From a virus: a stretch of 47,008 bases of DNA. Where the stretch lies: the UHGV virus genome UHGV-1362026. One strand, 5' to 3'. Positions 43,400 to 47,008 of this stretch are shown here, piece by piece. The notes beneath the pieces are model-generated. The model was not told where the DNA came from, searched no databases, and worked only from the letters and a program-made list of their open reading frames with translations. The first letter of the stretch is position 1. Every line of letters begins with the position of its first letter. A program made the translations under genes and the position numbers.

Positions 43400-43938
43400 T
43401 AATCAATCCTCATCGGCATAACAACAATTTTCGCAGTCTCACCAGTTGGCGAACTAAGGCAGCAAACTGCGGCATTTGTGTTTCCATTCAGCTCAAACTT
43501 AACGCCACAGAATTTAGGATTAAACAGCTTCGCAGCTTTCTCGATATCAACCAGATAGCCAGCATTGAAGCCAATTTCCTCTGCTGCTTTCGTTTCTTTT
43601 GGTATCACGCGGTCAATGTCAGGGAATCGACCATCAATCTCTTCGCAGATACCAGCGCCAACCATCACGCCAGCTTCATCATGATACGTTGCAATTTTCG
43701 TTTTGGTATCAATAATGGCGTAGTCATAGCGTTTTGTTTGAGATTTGCCAATCTTGATAATCACATTTTCTGTCAGCTTATTGTCATGGCTGCCGCCAAT
43801 AAATGCGCGATGACCGTCAGTTGATGCAATGCGACCATCAGGCATAAAGCAGATGCCATTCAGGTAGTAGCGCACATCATTGCGCGCCTGAAATATTAAT
43901 GCTGATTCAAGTAATAATTTGCTGATTTTTAGTTTCAT
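43399..43938 (-). CDS. truncated beta sliding-clamp (DnaN)-like protein (~180 aa)
   Basis: NDVRYYLNG...TDGHR matches E. coli DnaN 'DVRYYLNGMLFETEGEELRTVATDGHR'; IDGRFPDIDRVIPK vs VDGRFPDYRRVLPK; EIGFNAGYLVDI vs EIGFNVSYVLDV; C-terminal KIVVMPMRID vs AAYVVMPMRL; ATG 43938 with a TGATG overlap. Confidence 0.6.
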   Translation of the reverse strand: MKLKISKLLLESALIFQARNDVRYYLNGICFMPDGRIASTDGHRAFIGGSHDNKLTENVIIKIGKSQTKRYDYAIIDTKTKIATYHDEAGVMVGAGICEEIDGRFPDIDRVIPKETKAAEEIGFNAGYLVDIEKAAKLFNPKFCGVKFELNGNTNAAVCCLSSPTGETAKIVVMPMRID

Positions 43939-44111
43939 CACTTCACCTTAATCATGTGCTGTTTTGCAACCTTCAGGCATTCTTCAAAAATGCCACCCTT
44001 CTTTGCGCTCTGATTGCGCTTGTAATACTGAATTGCCGCATCAATTGCCATCTGGTCGATTTCAGGCAGCTTGGTTCGAAGTTGTTTTTCGATGAATTGT
44101 TCGGCGTTCAT
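43938..44111 (-). CDS. hypothetical small protein (57 aa)
   Basis: TGATG overlaps at both ends; below the track cutoff. Confidence 0.4.
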   Translation of the reverse strand: MNAEQFIEKQLRTKLPEIDQMAIDAAIQYYKRNQSAKKGGIFEECLKVAKQHMIKVK

Positions 44112-44920
44112 CACATCTTCTCCAGAATTGCCATAACCTCGTGAATGTCAGCGACAGGAATCTGGATAAATTCCTCATCCTCTGCCACCACATGACCAGC
44201 AGGGAGAATCACATGGTCTGCTGGCTTCAATAACTCAATCAGGCGGTCTACTGGCTTAATCTTTTTCGACTTCAGCACTTTGGCTGTGACCTTGTCTTTG
44301 CCTTGTGCTTTAGCTTCTTCAACTGCCTCGTCGATAACTTTAACCGCGTCATCGCCATGCTCACGAGTTACTGCTACGGCATTTGCATAGCTTATTTGCC
44401 CGGCGCTGATTCGCGCTTTTACTTCCGCTGGCACATCACCCAGCGACAGGTGCATCTGCACGTCAGATACTGAACGCCCTACCTTCCTGGCGATTTCTTC
44501 ATTCGTCCAGCCAAAACCTTTCAGTCGCGTGTAAGCCTTTGCACGCTCAAACGGGTCAAGCTGCTTACCCTGGCTGGATGACACCATGAAGGCGATTTTA
44601 TCTGCTTCGTCTCCTGTAAAATCCTTACACTCAATGCGAACGATTGGTGCGCCACGCTCAATGGCACGCAATGCGCCGAGATAGCGATGCTGACCATCAA
44701 GAATGCGCATTCCCTTCTCGTCTGGAATAACTGTTAATGCTGGCAATGGCTGACCTGATTCCCAGCACTGTGCGAAATACTCCACATGCTGCTCATCTGC
44801 CTCACGGATGTTGTATCCCGGCTCCAGATAGATTTGCTCAACTGGCACGAGATAGGTTTTGTTAACAGCGATTCCGTTGCGCGTTTCTTTGTCTGAATAG
44901 ATTTTGCTGAGTGTTTTCAT
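44111..44920 (-). CDS. ParB-like nuclease domain protein
   Basis: ILDGQHRY... motif (ParB/Srx fold, DGxHR) in the N-terminal half; 269 aa. Confidence 0.7.
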   Translation of the reverse strand: MKTLSKIYSDKETRNGIAVNKTYLVPVEQIYLEPGYNIREADEQHVEYFAQCWESGQPLPALTVIPDEKGMRILDGQHRYLGALRAIERGAPIVRIECKDFTGDEADKIAFMVSSSQGKQLDPFERAKAYTRLKGFGWTNEEIARKVGRSVSDVQMHLSLGDVPAEVKARISAGQISYANAVAVTREHGDDAVKVIDEAVEEAKAQGKDKVTAKVLKSKKIKPVDRLIELLKPADHVILPAGHVVAEDEEFIQIPVADIHEVMAILEKM

Positions 44921-45297
44921 TGTTTCTTTCCTAATGCTTTCTTGATTGCTTTGTTTGCCAGATTTAATGGGTGGTCATCATGGCAATCATCCGACGATAC
45001 TGCGCAAACATCCTCAACGTAATCGCGAAGCTGGCGAAGTGCTTCGAGCAATTCTGGCGCTGCGGCTACTAACTTTGCATTCGACAAATGCTCAATGCGT
45101 GATACATCCCTATGAGCGCCTTCATCGCTCCAGTGTTCAAACCCAGCCTTCTCCCAGCCAGGGATAATTGCTATAGAATTAATCACCCTAATGATCACAA
45201 ATCCATTATCATCAACTACATCAGTATAAACTTCATGGCGCTTAACGCACTTCCACTCACCTTTCGTACCCTTGAATTCATCTTTCATATCATTCAC
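44917..45297 (-). CDS. Ead/Ea22-like C-terminal domain protein
   Basis: ...NAKLVAAAPELLEALRQL... motif typical of the Ea22-like family. Confidence 0.4.
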   Translation of the reverse strand: MNDMKDEFKGTKGEWKCVKRHEVYTDVVDDNGFVIIRVINSIAIIPGWEKAGFEHWSDEGAHRDVSRIEHLSNAKLVAAAPELLEALRQLRDYVEDVCAVSSDDCHDDHPLNLANKAIKKALGKKQ

Positions 45298-45481
45298 CGC
45301 TTTCCTCTAATAAAAGTTCATAGTTTGCAATGTACGCATTAGCCAGATAATATATTTGCTCTGCGGCACAACGCTCTGGCACGCTGAAGTCATCAATAGA
45401 ACCAGCATTGCTGAGTGCATCAACACAATTTCTGAAATCAGCCATAGTATTGCGGAACATACAGTATGACATGTTTGCCAT
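45290..45481 (-). CDS. hypothetical small protein
   Basis: 63-aa ORF in an operon. Confidence 0.45.
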   Translation of the reverse strand: MANMSYCMFRNTMADFRNCVDALSNAGSIDDFSVPERCAAEQIYYLANAYIANYELLLEESGE

Positions 45482-45483
45482 AA

Positions 45484-46107
45484 TTACTCCTCATCACCAG
45501 AATTAGCAATATCGTAAAACTGACCGTAGGTTATCTGCTTAAAGTTATCAGGTATCTCTACCTGCCCGTGACCTTCATCTTTTGTATTTGGTACAGCAAA
45601 AATCAGGAAATCATCCCTTTGCGGGTGTTTGCCGCCATAAGTAGACAGCATTGCAAAACCAAATCCGCGACCAGATCGCTCACCAATGCCTGTGCGCGCA
45701 ATTCCATAATGATTAACGATGTAGTCTTTCCATTCTGGCAATAACTTTAATTTCTCGTTTGCCTCGCGCATCACTGCGTCCAGCTTTTTGTTGTATTCGC
45801 GACCATCCTTTGTGTTTCCTTTCCCGCGAGCCACAATTACACGCTGACCTCCCCAGAACTCTTCGCGCTTTATTGTCACTTGGCACGGAAATTCAAACTG
45901 ATTACTCCACACAAAACTCTCAAGCAGGCCTCCGCCAACAGCACCCCAACTGCGCGTTGTGGTAAATGCGATAGCGCCAACCTTTTTCATTGCATCACCG
46001 AGAATTTCATTGCGGCGCTTTTGGATGTCATCATATGCGTCAATAACTTTCTTAACATCAGCACCTTCAACCATGTAATAATCATAATGTTTTGCGTTAC
46101 TGCTCAT
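45484..46107 (-). CDS. hypothetical protein (first gene of the leftward accessory operon)
   Basis: 207 aa; GAGGTG RBS; downstream of a TTGACG-17-TATAGT promoter. Confidence 0.55.
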   Translation of the reverse strand: MSSNAKHYDYYMVEGADVKKVIDAYDDIQKRRNEILGDAMKKVGAIAFTTTRSWGAVGGGLLESFVWSNQFEFPCQVTIKREEFWGGQRVIVARGKGNTKDGREYNKKLDAVMREANEKLKLLPEWKDYIVNHYGIARTGIGERSGRGFGFAMLSTYGGKHPQRDDFLIFAVPNTKDEGHGQVEIPDNFKQITYGQFYDIANSGDEE

Positions 46108-46146
46108 TTCATCACCTCTAACATTTATTGTTGTTTCTACGTCATT

Positions 46147-46192
46147 ACTATAAACACCCTCTCAATCTACGTCAACAGGAATATGCTAAAAT
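46147..46192. promoter_or_regulatory. divergent promoter pair with two copies of the TCTACGTCA element
   Basis: Minus strand: TTGACG (rc 46170-46175), 17 nt, TATAGT (rc 46147-46152) driving gene 45484-46107. Plus strand: extended -10 TGcTAAAAT (46184-46192) before the ATG at 46223. Confidence 0.55.
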
Positions 46193-46222
46193 CATGCTAA
46201 TCAAACAACAGGAGATTTAAAC

Positions 46223-46342
46223 ATGGGTTCAACCAACTCGCCTTCTCGTTCGCGCGCTACTGGTAACACCAAAACTGGCGGCAAAACTGGCGCAGTGAAG
46301 CCAAACGGCTCTACCCGCTCACCATCGCGCGGTAAAAAATAA
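46223..46342 (+). CDS. 39-aa highly basic Ser/Thr/Gly-rich peptide
   Basis: AGGAGA RBS 8 nt upstream; TAATG coupling to the next gene; MGSTNSPSRSRATGNTKTGGKTGAVKPNGSTRSPSRGKK. Confidence 0.45.
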   Translation: MGSTNSPSRSRATGNTKTGGKTGAVKPNGSTRSPSRGKK

Positions 46343-46782
46343 TGTTCAGCGCAGATATTGCCATCATGATCATGTATGTGCTGGGTTTTGCCTGCACGGG
46401 TATGGTTGCGTTTCTGGTGTTCATTCCGGCAATGGTGATGTCTGTGTATCTTGGATGGGTGCTTGTTGATTCATTTCCCGCCGAATATCTGTATTACCTT
46501 GCGCAGTCTATGATCTGGTTGTTTCCGGCTATTGCGCTGCGCAAAAGTACAAAGATGGCGCTCTGCGTGCTGACGATGAGCCTTTACGAATGGCTGGTTG
46601 CGATAGAGTCATTCGTATGGGAATTTATCACGCCTGTAGAAACGCCGCTTCATGCGCAGTACGCATTTATTATTATCGGCATCCATCTGTTCATCCTTTC
46701 CATCACTTTTAAATGGGGCGGCGAAATTGGACATTATTCTTGGCGTGGTCGCCATTGTTTTTTCGCTGATTCAAATCTATAA
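46342..46782 (+). CDS. multi-pass membrane protein
   Basis: 146 aa with about four hydrophobic helices. Confidence 0.55.
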   Translation: MFSADIAIMIMYVLGFACTGMVAFLVFIPAMVMSVYLGWVLVDSFPAEYLYYLAQSMIWLFPAIALRKSTKMALCVLTMSLYEWLVAIESFVWEFITPVETPLHAQYAFIIIGIHLFILSITFKWGGEIGHYSWRGRHCFFADSNL

Positions 46783-46814
46783 GTGCTGGAAACATATCAT
46801 CAGCGAGACACGCA

Positions 46815-47008
46815 ATGAACGGAGCACTAAGGCAAGTCGCAGAGCAGGTTATAAGCGGAACGGCAGGGCAGGTGATTGATAAGGCTGGATATGCTTCTAT
46901 TGGCACTGGCATCGGCCTGAAAGTCGCAGAGCAAACACCTGTCACGCAATCTTATTTTGAGGCTATGATTCCACACAGCCTGACAGAGTGGGCGGCAGTT
47001 GCATCAAT
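46815..47008 (+). CDS. partial ORF running off the window end (membrane/holin-like?)
   Basis: ATG at 46815, open to the end; MNGALRQVAEQVISGTAGQVIDKAGYASIGTGIGLKVAEQ...; not in the track because no stop was reached. Confidence 0.3.
   Translation, partial: MNGALRQVAEQVISGTAGQVIDKAGYASIGTGIGLKVAEQTPVTQSYFEAMIPHSLTEWAAVAS

Overview
The window reads as an almost complete genome of a tailed dsDNA enterobacterial siphovirus (about 47 kb). No integrase or repressor is visible, so it is probably virulent. From the sequence I recognise: a neck/tail-completion gene set (72-1637); a lambda-like tail module (Ig-domain major tail protein, chaperone, tape measure, gpM/L/K-like proteins, an I-like::J-like fused tip protein, a beta-helix tailspike; 2273-13164); a leftward recombination/replication unit (SSB, Erf, PD-(D/E)XK exonuclease, VRR-NUC, SF2 helicase, HNH-AP2 homing endonuclease; 13199-18716); a primase (18837-19823); a second leftward replication unit (19925-21884); an AT-rich iteron region that looks like an origin (about 21985-22292); a rightward block of small early genes; TerS/TerL; an unusual five-ORF cassette between terminase and portal that encodes an HslV/proteasome-beta-like Thr-peptidase homolog; an HI1409-type portal plus Mu F-like morphogenesis protein; leftward accessory blocks; a lysis cassette (lambda R-like endolysin, holin candidate, Rz with embedded Rz1); a second small-gene block including a Lar-like protein; the head genes (scaffold/protease-like, decoration, major capsid, N4 gp49-like); and a leftward accessory operon with a ParB-like nuclease and a 180-aa truncated beta sliding-clamp (DnaN) homolog. 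Transcription units are bounded by at least twelve rho-independent terminators, most of them bidirectional. A repeated 12-mer, TTGA(C/T)GTAGAT(T/A), occurs only in intergenic regions and sits on sigma70-like and extended -10 promoters. The provided ORF track uses ATG, GTG and TTG as starts; several starts were moved to the ATG with the best RBS.
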